A stretch of 39,088 nt of DNA from Thraustochytrium aureum (taxonomy: Eukaryota), in the NCBI GenBank assembly GCA_012862495.1, contig BLSG01000011.1, positions 24,413 through 63,500 of the forward strand, given 5' to 3'. The translations under genes were made by a program, and so were the position numbers. Positions 1-11,193 of this stretch are shown here, one piece after another. Position 1 is the stretch's first letter. Every line of letters starts with the position of its first letter. The notes under the pieces were generated by a model. It was not told where the DNA came from. It was given only the letters and a program-made list of their open reading frames with translations, and did no database searches.

Positions 1-114
1 GATTCTGTGATGATGAAATGAAGCTGATGATGCCTATGCAGGCGCAGCAGCAGATCCGCAACGGAGAGGAAGGAGCAGCAGGAGCAGGAGCAGGCGCAGC
101 AGGAGCAGGGGGAG

Positions 115-2077
115 ATGGGCAACTGCTGCTCGCACCAGACGCCCGAGGCGGAGACCACGGTGGACGACGCGCCGGTGGGCGACGATGCCGCGAAGGAGCA
201 CGAGGATGTCGATGCCGATGCCGAGGTGCGCGACGAGCACGTCGAGGTGGAGCAAAAAGCCGGTGAAAGGCGCCTGCGCCGCCGCTGAGCGAGAAGACGG
301 TGCGGGAGGTGCTCGAACAGGGGCACTTGCTGGACGCCGTCGCGGGAGATGCAGACAAGAAGGCGGCGCTGCTCGCCCAGCTGGGCGAGCTGGACAGCCA
401 CTACCCGGGAGGACTGAAGGCCTACGTGGCGAACGCTCGCAAGCTGCTGAAAGACAGCAAGGAAGGCGCCAACCCGTACGAGGGCTTCACGCCGGCCGTC
501 CCGAAGGGCGAGCGGCTTGAGACCAACTCGCCGCTGTTCGACGAATGCGAGGCAGCCGGAATGGAACAGGTGGGCGCAACCGGCTTCGTGCTGGTCGCCG
601 GAGGCCTGGGCGAGCGCCTCGGCTACAACGGCATCAAGGTAGCCTTGCCCGCCGAAATCCTGACCGGCAAGAGCTTCCTGCAAAACTACTGCGAGTCCAT
701 TCTCGCGCTGCAAGATCGCGCCCGCAAAAGCGGCGCCGCCGGCACGGTGATCCCGTTCGCCATCATGACGAGCGGCGACACCCACGAAAAGACCGTGGCC
801 CTCCTGGACGAGCACGACAACTTTGGCATGGCTCCTGGACAGATCACCATCATCAAGCAGGAAAAGGTGCCGGCCATCATCGACAACGACGGCCGGTTCG
901 CGCTCGAAGGGGACTCGGGCGTCGTCGAGACCAAGCCGCACGGCCACGGCGACGTGCACTCGCTCATGCACAGCAACGGCTTGCTTGCTGCGTGGAAGGC
1001 CAACGGCGTCAAGTGGGTGGCCTTCTTCCAGGACACGAACGGGCTCGTCTTCCGCGCCCTCGTTGCCGCCATCGGCGTCTCCGCCAAGCACAACTTTGAC
1101 GTCAATAGCCTCACCGTACCGCGCCGCCCCGGCGAGGCGGTGGGCGGGATCTGCCAGCTCAACGCTGCGGAGGGCAGCGGCAAGGGCAGCCTCACGATCA
1201 ACGTCGAGTACAACCAGCTCGACCCGCTCCTGCGCAGCACAGTGAGCCCCGAGGGCGACGTCCCGGACGAGTCGGGCTTTTCCCCGTACCCGGGCAACAT
1301 CAACGTGCTCGTTTTCCGCTTGGACCCGTACGCAGCGGTTCTCTCCAAGACCGGTGGCGCGATCCCCGAGTTTGTCAACCCCAAGTACGCGGACGCCGAG
1401 AAGCAAAAGTTCAAAAGCCCACCCGCCTGGAATGCATGATGCAGGACTACCCAAAGCTGCTCGTCGAGGACCCGGCCGCCAAGGTTGGATTTACGCAGAT
1501 GGAGCGGTCGATTTGCTTTAGCGCCGTTAAAAACAACCCCACGGACGCTGCCGACAAGCTCAAGTCATCCGGATTCGCCGAGTCGGCCTCGTCGGGCGAG
1601 GCCGACCTTTACGCGGCGAACCGGATGCTGCTCAAGCTTGCCGGAGTGGACGTGGCCACAGAGGGCCTCGAGGAAAAGTCATTCCTCGACATCCCCGTGG
1701 CACAGGGCGCATACGTCGTCCTTGCGCCTTCGTTTGGGACAACGATCCAGGAGATCAAGTCGCGCTTTCCCAACCCGGACAAGGTCAAGATCTCGAGCCG
1801 CTCGTCGCTCGTGCTGGAGGGCGACGTCACCATCGAGGACCTCGATCTTGATGGGTACCTGCGCATCACCGCCGGCCCGGGCGTGCAGCTCACCGTGAAA
1901 AACCTCTCGGTAGAGAACCAGGGTCTCAGCTTCGTCCCGGTCGACCTCTCGAACAAGAACGTCGAGGAGGTCTTTAGCATCCGGGGCTACACCAAGGAGG
2001 TGATCGAGACGTACGTCATTGAGGAGGACGAACCCGGTGTCAAGGTGGTTGATGGGTCCACCGTCGACGCCGAGTAG
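115..2077 (+). CDS. USP: UDP-sugar pyrophosphorylase (UGP/UAP-family nucleotidyltransferase), split by two apparent 1-nt frameshifts (~254-270 and ~1418-1420)
   Basis: Motifs FVLVAGGLGERLGYNGIKVALP, IMTSGDTH, KQEKVP, TKPHGHGDVH, FFQDTN, INVEYNQLDPLLR, SPYPGNIN, EFVNPKY. Adding one C at 1418-1420 restores KSPTRLECMMQDYPK and joins ORFs 300..1439 and 1436..2077. The upstream ATG at 115 (MGNCCSHQT...) joins through another A-run indel. Confidence 0.92.
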
Positions 2078-2742
2078 GCGCCAGGCGGGTTGGCGCACTG
2101 GCCGTGCGCGGCTGCAACGGCCGTGCGCGGCTGCAACGTAGTGCACAGGGCGCGAACCGTGCCAAAGGAAATTGACAACATCTTCAGAGCACTGAGTTGA
2201 CCCGGCGGGCGCTCGCGACCGCAAGNNNNNNNNNNNNNNNNNNNNNNNNNNNNNNNNNNNNNNNNNNNNNNNNNNNNNNNNNNNNNNNNNNNNNNNNNNN
2301 NNNNNNNNNNNNNNNNNNNNNNNNNNNNNNNNNNNNNNNNNNNNNNNNNNNNNNNNNNNNNNNNNNNNNNNNNNNNNNNNNNNNNNNNNNNNNNNNNNNN
2401 NNNNNNNNNNNNNNNNNNNNNNNNNNNNNNNNNNNNNNNNNNNNNNNNNNNNNNNNNNNNNNNNGGGGCAGCCCCTCTAGAGCTAGCCTCTCGCCCTCAT
2501 TAGCTACAAAGTAGAGCGAGCGAGGGGGGGAGTGGTCTTTTTAAAAGGAATTCGCCGGGGCGCAATATCATGTTTCTCTGTGGCTGTTTACGCTCTGAGC
2601 ATACGCCGAAACGTCCAGCATCTCGACGCGCTTGGCGAGCCACCGCCCCTTGCTTGCAATGAGGCCTCCTGCTACATAACGCCCGGCCGTCCTTGCAAGA
2701 CCGTTCGCTCCGCGTCACGAAGCCTTGACCAGGGCAATTCCA

Positions 2743-4703
2743 TCAGAAGGGCGACTCGTTGTATTGCAACCAAGACGACTCCGAGGAACCAGAGCGACTC
2801 GACTCGCCTTCCCGATCGGAGCCCCAGGTCGCAAAGCTCTCCTCCTCCATTTCGCGCTCCTCCTCGGCGCTCGCCAAACGGGCGTACTCGGCAGCGGCGT
2901 AGCGGTCCCAATCGGTCAGTTCCGGGTGCTCGTGCTGCTGGCGGATCCAGTACGGGTCGCGCTGCTCAAAGCTGACGAATTTGATTACGTTGAAGAGGAT
3001 GTTGAACAAGGTCCCCGAAATGTTGATACAGCGGGGGTCGCAAAAGTCGGAGAGCACAAGCTCGCCCTCTGCGCGCGGGTGCACAAAGTCGTGGGCCTGG
3101 CACATGACGTCCGCGAAGGAGATGACCTCGTGGCCGTAGTTTTGAAGGCGCGAGTGCTGCTGCTTGTAAAAGTGGCGCATCTCCCACGGCCTGATGACGC
3201 CGTCCCCGTCAAGGTCGACGCAGCGGAACCAGTACCGAAGGCTCACCGGGTTGGTCTTGTCCTCCTCTGCGAGGAAGAAGAACACAAAGTCCTCAAACCC
3301 CATGCGCCCAGGGACCCCAGAAAGAAACTTGTACACGGGCTGCTGGAAGATGCGGTCCACGATCGCAGGAGTGAGCGAGTGGCCGGCGTGGCGCATCACG
3401 TCGTCGCGCGAGAGCAGAAAGTCGTGGTCGGTGTCCAGCTCCCAAAACTTGACGTACAGCGTGTAAAAGTGCTCGTAGCTAAAGTACCGCAGCACGAGGT
3501 TGATGTCCTCCTCCTCGTCCACCTGGTGGCACACCTTGAGGAGGTCAGAGCGCCGCAGCTCGCGGCGAGTTATGCGCCCGCTCAGCGTCGCGTTAACCTC
3601 GTACAAGATCCGCGCGACGACGGTCCGGGCATACTTTTCTTGAAACTCTGGCGTGTTCTCCAGAAACTCGAGCCCGGGGTGGTACGCCAGAAGCTCCTCC
3701 ATGTAAGGCGCAAAGTCCGAGGCAAGCACCACGTCGTTCTCGGGCGCCTTCACAAGCCGGAAGAACCGGTCCTGGTCGTCAAAGGGCTCGATCTCGCTGC
3801 GCCAGAAATGGACGAATTCAGCCTTGGTCACGGCTAGGCTCTCCTCGTCGCCGTCATCGCTTCGCCCGTCGCCGCTGTCCGATTTCCGTTCCTTCTCTTC
3901 GGCTCCGTCGCTCGCCCGACGCCTGTTGGCGTCCGAGTCCTCGTCAGGAAGCCCCTGCGACCGCCGCCAGAGGAGCTTGATGCGGCGACAGAGCGGCCCG
4001 TTGAAAAAGGTTGGGAACCCGCACAGATCCTTGCAAACCGAGACAAAGTCGTTCATGGGAATGCCGTTCGTCGCCAGACTCCCGGCAAAGTAACGCTCGA
4101 TCTCCACGTCTGCTGCGCGGCGTTGTGCTGGGTCCACAGGGTCGTCGATGCCGAAGAACTTTGGGATCTCGAATCGGGTCTTGTCCTCCGCGTCCCGCCG
4201 AGCCGCGGGCTCTTCAGAGCGCGAGTGCCGCGGCGTGCCGTCGCGCATCTCTGCAGACTCGCGGGACGGGTCCTGCTCGCCGAGCGCAGCCCGACGCGGG
4301 CTGCGCACTGCCCCGCCCTGCGGCGCGAGCCGCTTCACCCCAGTGCTCGCTGAGGGCGACCCGATCGACTTTGAGATGGTCGAGTGTAGTCGCGGCGAGC
4401 GCGGCGAGCGGGGCGATGCCGCCAAACTGCCGGGCCGCGGCGACCGCGGCGAGCGCGGCGGGGAGAAGGCGGCCTGCCCAGTCACTCCTTTGGTGAGGAG
4501 CCGCCTCGGCGAGGTGAGAATCGGCGAGGCCGACCCGGCAAGCAGCGCGCCCGACTCGGGGAGCTCGACGCCATTCTCAAAGTCTCGCACGAGGTTGTTG
4601 ATGATCTCCTGGTGCGCCGGGTCGGCCAGGAACTCGAACAAGAGCTCGTCCAGCTTGAGCTTGGCGTCGGCGCGTTGTCCAAAATGCTCACGTCCACGCC
4701 CAT
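2743..4703 (-). CDS. Protein phosphatase 2A regulatory subunit B'' (EF-hand, PR72/PR130-like)
   Basis: HPGLEFLENTPEFQEKYARTVVARILY, YFSYEHFYTLYVKFWELDTDHD, EEDKTNPVSLRYWFRCVDLDGDG, LTDWDRYAAAEYARL. Probable start ATG 4703 (MGVDVSILDNAPT) joins KLKLDELL through a 1-nt indel near 4663. Confidence 0.93.
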
Positions 4704-5566
4704 CCCTCGCAGTACCCCGCTGCCCATCCCTGCGGCCGCTGCGCGCTGTTGCCGCTGTCCCGCGTGCGTCGCAGCGGCGGCGTCCGCGTTCCACCTGGCC
4801 CCGACGCCGTTTTCNNNNNNNNNNNNNNNNNNNNNNNNNNNNNNNNNNNNNNNNNNNNNNNNNNNNNNNNNNNNNNNNNNNNNNNNNNNNNNNNNNNNNN
4901 NNNNNNNNNNNNNNNNNNNNNNNNNNNNNNNNNNNNNNNNNNNNNNNNNNNNNNNNNNNNNNNNNNNNNNNNNNNNNNNNNNNNNNNNNNNNNNNNNNNN
5001 NNNNNNNNNNNNNNNNNNNNNNNNNNNNNNNNNNNNNNNNNNNNNNNNNNNNNNNNNNNNNNNNNNNGATGATTGATTGATTGACTCCGGTGCCCTCGAC
5101 GACCTCGCAAGCCATGGCGTGCCGTGGTGTTTGTTGGGGCGTGATTGACGGCGGGAATGTCGGAACGCGGGTGGCCTCGCGCGCCGCGTTCATGTCAATC
5201 AGTCGGATGGGGTGGCGCTGTGGGGGCGGCGCACGGACGATGTCGACGTCGACGGACGCGAGAACGGGCTTTTGCGCAATGCTGCGAGAGTTCTGGCCGA
5301 GGCAGGGGGGCGCCGAGAGCAAGGCGAAGTATTGCGCTTGCCATTGGCCCCCAGCGCTGAGGATCTGAGCGCCCAAGTCGATTTCCCTTCTGGCTGTTGC
5401 ATTAATTTTCCTTCTTCGCCTGTGCTCAGGCTGGACGGTAAAACGAGCGGCACACCGATCCGATGATGATGATGATGCGGCGCGTCTGATTGGCTCTGGA
5501 AGCAAGGCGTGTAGGTAGGTTGAGTAAAAGAATTGCATGGGGAAAAGGATTGGGTTTGGAGGGGAT

Positions 5567-7456
5567 TCAGGACAGATATGCAACAATGATGGTGGTGTCG
5601 TCGATGACGGGCTCCTCGAGCTTCCAGCGACGGTTCGACTCTCGGATGAGGTCGTTGATGGCGAGGCGCGGGTCAGCGGAATCGACGTGCTTGGCGACAA
5701 TGTCTGCCACCTCCTGACTTGACATAAACTCCCAGAGCCCGTCGGTAGCCAGCACGACAAACCGGTCTTTGGCAGGGTTGAGTTGGTGCGTAAACACCTC
5801 AGCGTTGCTGATCACGCCCGCCTCTTTGCCAACCGTGTCGCAGAGCGAGCGGCTCATGGCAAGGCCTGGCATGTCAGCGTACGAGAGCCAGACGCGCGCT
5901 GGCCCCTCGATGCCGTCGTCGTACTTCATCGCGAAGACGCGCCCCCCGAGACGCGTGATCCGTGCCTTTTCGCGCTCGTCGTCCGGTTTGTGGTCATGCG
6001 AGAGGTCTGTTGCCACGATCGCGCCGCCCGGGCCTTTGCCCGCCTTGATAATGCGCGAATCGCCGACGTTGGCGACAATTAGTTTGTTGTTGCGCAGGAT
6101 GCTGACCACGGCCGTTGTCCCGCTCAGCGTGGTGTCCACTGAGCGGTCGTCGATGATCTCCTTCTCGGCGATAAGGAGAGCGTCGGCGAGCACGTCGCCG
6201 GTGTGCTCGTCCTGGGCAAACTTGGGCGAGGACATGAGCAGCTTGGGCAGGCGGCCCGCGATGTACCTCGACACCTTGTGGCCCTCGGCGCCGTGGCCGT
6301 CAAAGCAGGCTAGCAGGAGCTCCCCGTTGCAGTACCCGTTGCTCGGGAGCTGCAGCATGACCATAGAGTCCTGGTTTTGCTTGTCCGGGTTGTAGGGGGC
6401 CAAGCCCTTGCGCGAGACCCCCGAGTAGGCGTGCACGTGGACGGCCGGCCCGGGGGCGCCCTTGAACGAGCTCCACTTGCCGATCTCGCCATGGCGCAAC
6501 GCCTTGGGCGACGAAGGCCGCGGCGAGCTCGTATCGAGGCGCGCGCCCTTCTCGTGCCCGTCCAAGTTGGGGTCGTCGCCAGACACTGTGAGGCGGCGAC
6601 GCATGACCCTTGTGGCGGAGTCGCCGGCGGCATGGTCCTCGGAGGGCCCCTGCTTGTTCTTCCGCGAGCTATTCGCCTGGGTCTTGTCCTCGCCGTGCAG
6701 CGCTGCAGCGGAAAGCGAGGTGCGCGCCTGCGCGAACTTTGCCACAAACTCGTTTGCGATCGCGACCGTGTTGAACTGCAAGCAGAGCACGTCCTTTACG
6801 GACGTCTCGACCCGGCGGTTCGCGCGGAAGACCCAGCTCTGCTGTGTCACGATGGTGGCCTCCAACTTGGTCTGCGCGTCGACCAGGTGGTCGACGCACT
6901 GGCTGCCAGCGCTGCTCAGGCTGAGGTGCACCTTGGCCGTCGTCTGGTCCCAGCGGAACGCAGTGCTGCCCACGCCGAGCTCGATCCACTGCTTGGTGCT
7001 CTTGTTGAAGATGAAGGCTCGAGAGTCTACGTCGAACCAGAACCCGTCGTCGCTCGAGGTCTCCATGTCCTTGTGCTCCTCCAGGTCGTGGTCCTCCATG
7101 GAGAGGTCTTGCGCCTTCCTCTCCATCTCCTCCAACTTGGAGGGCATCAAGGAGGCCTCAAACGGGAGCACGTTGCCCGGGCGCAGGAAAATGCCCTTGT
7201 TCCTCCCGCACGCAAAGTACCTCTGCCCGTCGACAGTGCCGTCGTTCTTGCCGAGAGGCTGGTCCAGCTCCACGCCGACCCAGATGCCGTGCTTGAACTC
7301 GGTCTTCCCCGTGAACCTAACCGTGCCAGCGATCGCGCCGCTCTTGTGCTGCACGCTCACGCGGCTTCCGATGTCGGGCAGGTCGCCCTTCCTGCTCACG
7401 CCGACGGGGTGTGCCTGCTCGTGCGCGAGCGCCGTCTCGGCTTGAAACGACGCCAT
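5567..7456 (-). CDS. PP2C (PPM) protein phosphatase with N-terminal CAP-Gly and RanBP1/EVH1-like (PH-fold) domains
   Basis: CAP-Gly: GTVRFTGKTEFKHGIWVGVELDQPLGKNDGTVDGQRYF. RanBD-like: KQWIELGVG...SWVFRA...LQFNTVAIANEFVAKF. PP2C: NQD, FDGHG, SGTTA, NVGDSR, DHKPD, GLAMSRSLCD, LATDGLWE, DDTT. Start taken at ATG 7456 (MASFQAE). Confidence 0.93.
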   Translation of the reverse strand: MASFQAETALAHEQAHPVGVSRKGDLPDIGSRVSVQHKSGAIAGTVRFTGKTEFKHGIWVGVELDQPLGKNDGTVDGQRYFACGRNKGIFLRPGNVLPFEASLMPSKLEEMERKAQDLSMEDHDLEEHKDMETSSDDGFWFDVDSRAFIFNKSTKQWIELGVGSTAFRWDQTTAKVHLSLSSAGSQCVDHLVDAQTKLEATIVTQQSWVFRANRRVETSVKDVLCLQFNTVAIANEFVAKFAQARTSLSAAALHGEDKTQANSSRKNKQGPSEDHAAGDSATRVMRRRLTVSGDDPNLDGHEKGARLDTSSPRPSSPKALRHGEIGKWSSFKGAPGPAVHVHAYSGVSRKGLAPYNPDKQNQDSMVMLQLPSNGYCNGELLLACFDGHGAEGHKVSRYIAGRLPKLLMSSPKFAQDEHTGDVLADALLIAEKEIIDDRSVDTTLSGTTAVVSILRNNKLIVANVGDSRIIKAGKGPGGAIVATDLSHDHKPDDEREKARITRLGGRVFAMKYDDGIEGPARVWLSYADMPGLAMSRSLCDTVGKEAGVISNAEVFTHQLNPAKDRFVVLATDGLWEFMSSQEVADIVAKHVDSADPRLAINDLIRESNRRWKLEEPVIDDTTIIVAYLS

Positions 7457-8992
7457 GGCCGAGGCTGGCGCTGGATTTTCACGCTCGTGCCGCCTTCCCG
7501 GGCAGGCGGGCGCTCGTCTCTGGCGGAGCCGACTGGGCAGCCGCTTCCAGGCCGGCCTCGCTGTCCCGTTCTGGCTCGCGCCGGCGTGGAGTTGGCAGGT
7601 CTGGTTTCGGACGCAACAACAACAACGACAACAACAAAACCAGCAGAGCACCAGCTCGTGCGAAGCGGTAAAAACCGTCCGCTTGCTTTCGTTCCAGATG
7701 CGCGTTGCAAGACTGCTGCTGCCTCGGCGGCCTGAGCGCCGCTTCGGCTACTCAGTTGATGCGCGTAGATGGTTGGGACTGCAAGCTTGCGTGGGATGGG
7801 CTGACTCAGTTTGGCGGCAAGGCGGCGACTCGCTCTGCGCTTTGTGAGGAGGAAGAAACGGGGGCCGAGCCCTTCTCGCGCGGGCCAGCAACGCGGCTGG
7901 AAACTAGCTGTTGGGCCGCACCTTGCCGCGTAGTAAGGTTGCTGCTGCCCACGAGGGCTCGGTTTTGCTGGCTTGGCGCTGCGAAGGGCCGCCAGGCGGC
8001 TACGGTCCAGAATCCAGAGGGCGGAGAACGAGGCAAACAAGAAAAACCAGCGCCGACGCCCTGCCGGAGAGCCTCTAGCGGCTGGAGCAACGTTTGCGCA
8101 GAGTCGTTGGGCGCCTCTGACTGCGTGGAGCGACAGCATTGCTCGGATTGACCGGGCGCCGAAAACCAGACTCCCGTTTCTCCAGTTCCGGCCTGTCTGT
8201 AAGATGCCCACTTGCATGCGCAGCACCGTTATCATGCAAGGCCTCGCGGCGTGCTTCCGTTTGTTGAGAGATAAATCGGCTTGGCTTAGGCTGCCTCGCA
8301 TTCGGGACTTTCAGCACGTGCGCTCTCTGGCAAACGAAGCAACCGGCTTTTCTCTCAGCCCGCCAGCCCAGGCCGTCGAGCGAAACGGCGGAAGAGAGCG
8401 GGCCGCGTCCCACCAGCGCGCTAGCACCAGTTTGGGAGGCCGCAAGCCCACGCGTTACATTTGCCAACGACTAGGAAAACCTGTCCGATCCGGCGCCCTG
8501 GTTGACTCGCGTCGTTGCCTTTCAAGGACTCGCGCCGATCGATCTCCTCACCAGGCCGTGTCGCGAGCGTTGCCCCGTCCAGCTCAACGAAACCTTGCAG
8601 CTCAAGCTCGGTCATCCACGATGCAGCCGTGCCAGGTCCATCTCGAAGGCAACAGCGAGAGAGAATCAACGGGCTCCGCGGCCCGAGACACGTAAGGTTC
8701 ATCGTTGCTCGCTCGCGGTTTTTCGCACGTTTCGCACGACAGTTTCGCCCGCCCCCTAGGGTTTTCGCTAGCCACGCCCTACTGGGACCGTTTCACCTGG
8801 CGCGAGAGCTCAGTGACGCGCAAAGAGCGGCGCCGTAGTAGCATCCTTCGTTCCTTCGCGCGCCGAAGCGCTCGTTGCTCGCGCAGCCCAACTGTGCCTC
8901 GGTCATCATGATCCAGGATCCTTTCGAATTCGCATTTCGAGCTGCGCCAGAGCCCGTTTGAAAAAAATTGGCCACGGCCTGGCGCGCCTGCC

Positions 8993-9704
8993 ATGACACG
9001 GAGATGGGCGAAGAGGCCGCGAGCGAGGAGGCCTCGAGAATCTGACGAGTCCAAGAAGGCCAGGCTGGCCAAGGAGGCCACGGCTGCCAGGGAGGCTCGG
9101 GAGGCCGCGGAGGGCAAAGACAGCACGGCTTGCTGATCAGGCCAGGGTTTGCGAGCTGACCTGTGCGGCGCTGGGCTCACTGCCACAGGCGTTGGCTGAG
9201 CTGATACTGAGCTATAACTGGCCGGCTTGTACAGACTGCGCGCGCGCGACGTCGACGCGCTGCTGGCTGTGCAAGAAGCGAGCTTGCCTCGCCTGTTGCC
9301 GGGCGTCGGGCGGCGCGTGCAGGGCCTGTTCCCAGGTCCCTTGCTGTGCCTCGTGCAAGGAAGAGTTTCAGCCCGGGAACAGCCGCCGCCCGTGCATGGA
9401 CAGCTGCAACGCGATTGTCTGCGAGGCTTGCGCAGTCTGCGCGGCATGCCAACCATGCGGTTGCATGAGGCGTGCAGGGATCGAAGCGATGTCGAGACGT
9501 GCTTGTTTTGCGAAATCTCGAATTGCGAGGTCAACATTCAAGTCCCTTGCCCGAGGGGCGAAGACTGCGGATTCTGCGAGTTGGGTTTTGACTGTCCCTT
9601 TACAGGATTTGCCTGCGAAAACTGCAACTAAGACCCACGAAAAGGAAATGACGCCTCGGAGATCGCATTGCTTGAGGCCTGGGAGGAAGGGAGCCATGTG
9701 CTGA
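8993..9704 (+). CDS. Putative cysteine-rich protein with F-box/SOCS-box-like LPxxLAELILSY motif; fragmented by frameshifts
   Basis: ATG 8993 reads MTRRWAKRPR...AREAREA. A 1-nt shift (~9106) gives LGSLPQALAELILSY followed by many CxxC pairs, and a second frame (~9450 on) continues CLFC...CGFC...CENC. The 3' end is uncertain. Confidence 0.4.
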
Positions 9705-9912
9705 GTCGTCCTGTGCGACAGGTGTCATGCGTCTCGAACACAGGGCCCTGGAGCGAGCACAGCTAAAGGGGCATGCAGTCGTCGCCGTGCCACAACCACG
9801 GTACGCGTGTGCTGTCCTGGCTCTTTTCCGCGAACGAGAGCCACACACAGCAATCGCGCTCGCGCCCTTGCGCCAAACGGGAATGGGCGTTGTTTGCCGT
9901 CAAATCCTCTAC

Positions 9913-10438
9913 CTAGTTACACGACGCGGGACGAGGGCCTCGCTCGCCGCAGCGCGCGGCCTCAAACTCGTCCACATCAAAATAGGCTTCGCGAAAGTGG
10001 AGCTTGGTGATGGTTTCTGGGAGCGGGGAACGCCTCGCGCACGATCTGGTGGTTCTTGAAGGTAAAACCGACTGCCTGCCGGTGCACGATGAGGTCTAGC
10101 CGCCGAGCCTCGGCCGTCTCGCGCGCTGCGTTGAAAGCCCGCGCGCGTGCGAGCAGGTCGCGACATCTCTGCTGGTCCTTGCGAGCCACGTCATCGAATG
10201 CCTTCGCAGCCTGCACAAACTCCTCGTGCCGCTCATGCATCTCGGTCATGGCCAGCTGGAGCCGCGACCCCGACCGGCCGAGTGCCGCGGCCATCTCTTC
10301 TTGCACCTCGTCTTGAATCTGCAGCAGGCTTCGCACGGGATCCACGTCCACGCGCTCCTTGGCCTTCTCCAAGTACACCTCCGCCCTGCCTTCGACGAGG
10401 ACCTCGTCCTTGACCTTGAGCGTCACACGGCCCCCAGC
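9913..10438 (-). CDS. Small helical protein resembling DUF6665-type proteins; 5' end lost in gap
   Basis: ORF 9977..10426 reads EEMAAALGRSG...AARETAEARRLDLIVHRQAVGF...HQIVREAFP. Removing one base in the G4 run at 10025-10028 gives the C-terminus FPLPETITKLHFREAYFDVDEF..., with a stop at 9913. The family call is from recalled consensus only. Confidence 0.6.
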
Positions 10439-11161
10439 NNNNNNNNNNNNNNNNNNNNNNNNNNNNNNNNNNNNNNNNNNNNNNNNNNNNNNNNNNNNNN
10501 NNNNNNNNNNNNNNNNNNNNNNNNNNNNNNNNNNNNNNNNNNNNNNNNNNNNNNNNNNNNNNNNNNNNNNNNNNNNNNNNNNNNNNNNNNNNNNNNNNNN
10601 NNNNNNNNNNNNNNNNNNNNNNNNNNNNNNNNNNNNNNNNNNNNNNNNNNNNNNNNNNNNNNNNNNNNNNNNNNNNNNNNNNNNNNNNNNNNNNNNNNNN
10701 NNNNNNNNNNNNNNNNNNNNNNNNNNNNNNNNNNNNNNNNNNNNNNNNNNNNNNNNNNNNNNNNNNNNNNNNNNNNNNNNNNNNNNNNNNNNNNNNNNNN
10801 NNNNNNNNNNNNNNNNNNNNNNNNNNNNNNNNNNNNNNNNNNNNNNNNNNNNNNNNNNNNNNNNNNNNNNNNNNNNNNNNNNNNNNNNNNNNNNNNNNNN
10901 NNNNNNNNNNNNNNNNNNNNNNNNNNNNNNNNNNNNNNNNNNNNNNNNNNNNNNNNNNNNNNNNNNNNNNNNNNNNNNNNNNNNNNNNNNNNNNNNNNNN
11001 NNNNNNNNNNNNNNNNNNNNNNNNNNNNNNNNNNNNNNNNNNNNNNNNNNNNNNNNNNNNNNNNNNNNNNNNNNNNNNNNNNNNNNNNNNNNNNNNNNNN
11101 NNNNNNNNNNNNNNNNNNNNNNNNNNNNNNNNNNNNNNNNNNNNNNNNNNNNNNNNNNNNN

Positions 11162-11193
11162 CGAACGAACGAACGAACGAACGAACGAACGAA
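11162..11193. repeat. (CGAA)n microsatellite abutting an assembly gap
   Basis: About 8 consecutive CGAA units directly after the N-run. Confidence 0.9.

Noticed and set aside
1..114. Possible 5'-UTR intron end (ctgat...tgcag at ~41) and GGAGCA repeats
   Set aside because: The donor would lie outside the window; cannot be supported without transcripts.
1436..1439. ATGA stop/start overlap resembling bacterial translational coupling
   Set aside because: It falls inside the conserved USP motif RLECMMQD; a one-base indel explains it.
2743..5760. Very long ORFs spanning N-runs (e.g. 1005 aa, 773 aa, 805 aa, 569 aa) suggesting fusion proteins
   Set aside because: Artefacts of translating through gaps; the flanks belong to different genes.
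7615..7640. (CAA)n tracts here and at 28553-28572, giving poly-Cys or poly-Gln ORF starts
   Set aside because: Ordinary UTR microsatellites, not coding.
6377..7735. Long antisense or alternate-frame ORFs overlapping real genes (also 2725..3837, 11413..13140, 36370..37497)
   Set aside because: Expected shadow ORFs in high-GC coding DNA; no recognisable motifs.
7700..8900. ORFs in the divergent intergenic region (7396..8301, 7973..8695)
   Set aside because: Arg/Ala/Pro-rich junk translations without coding-like composition; probably promoter or UTR.
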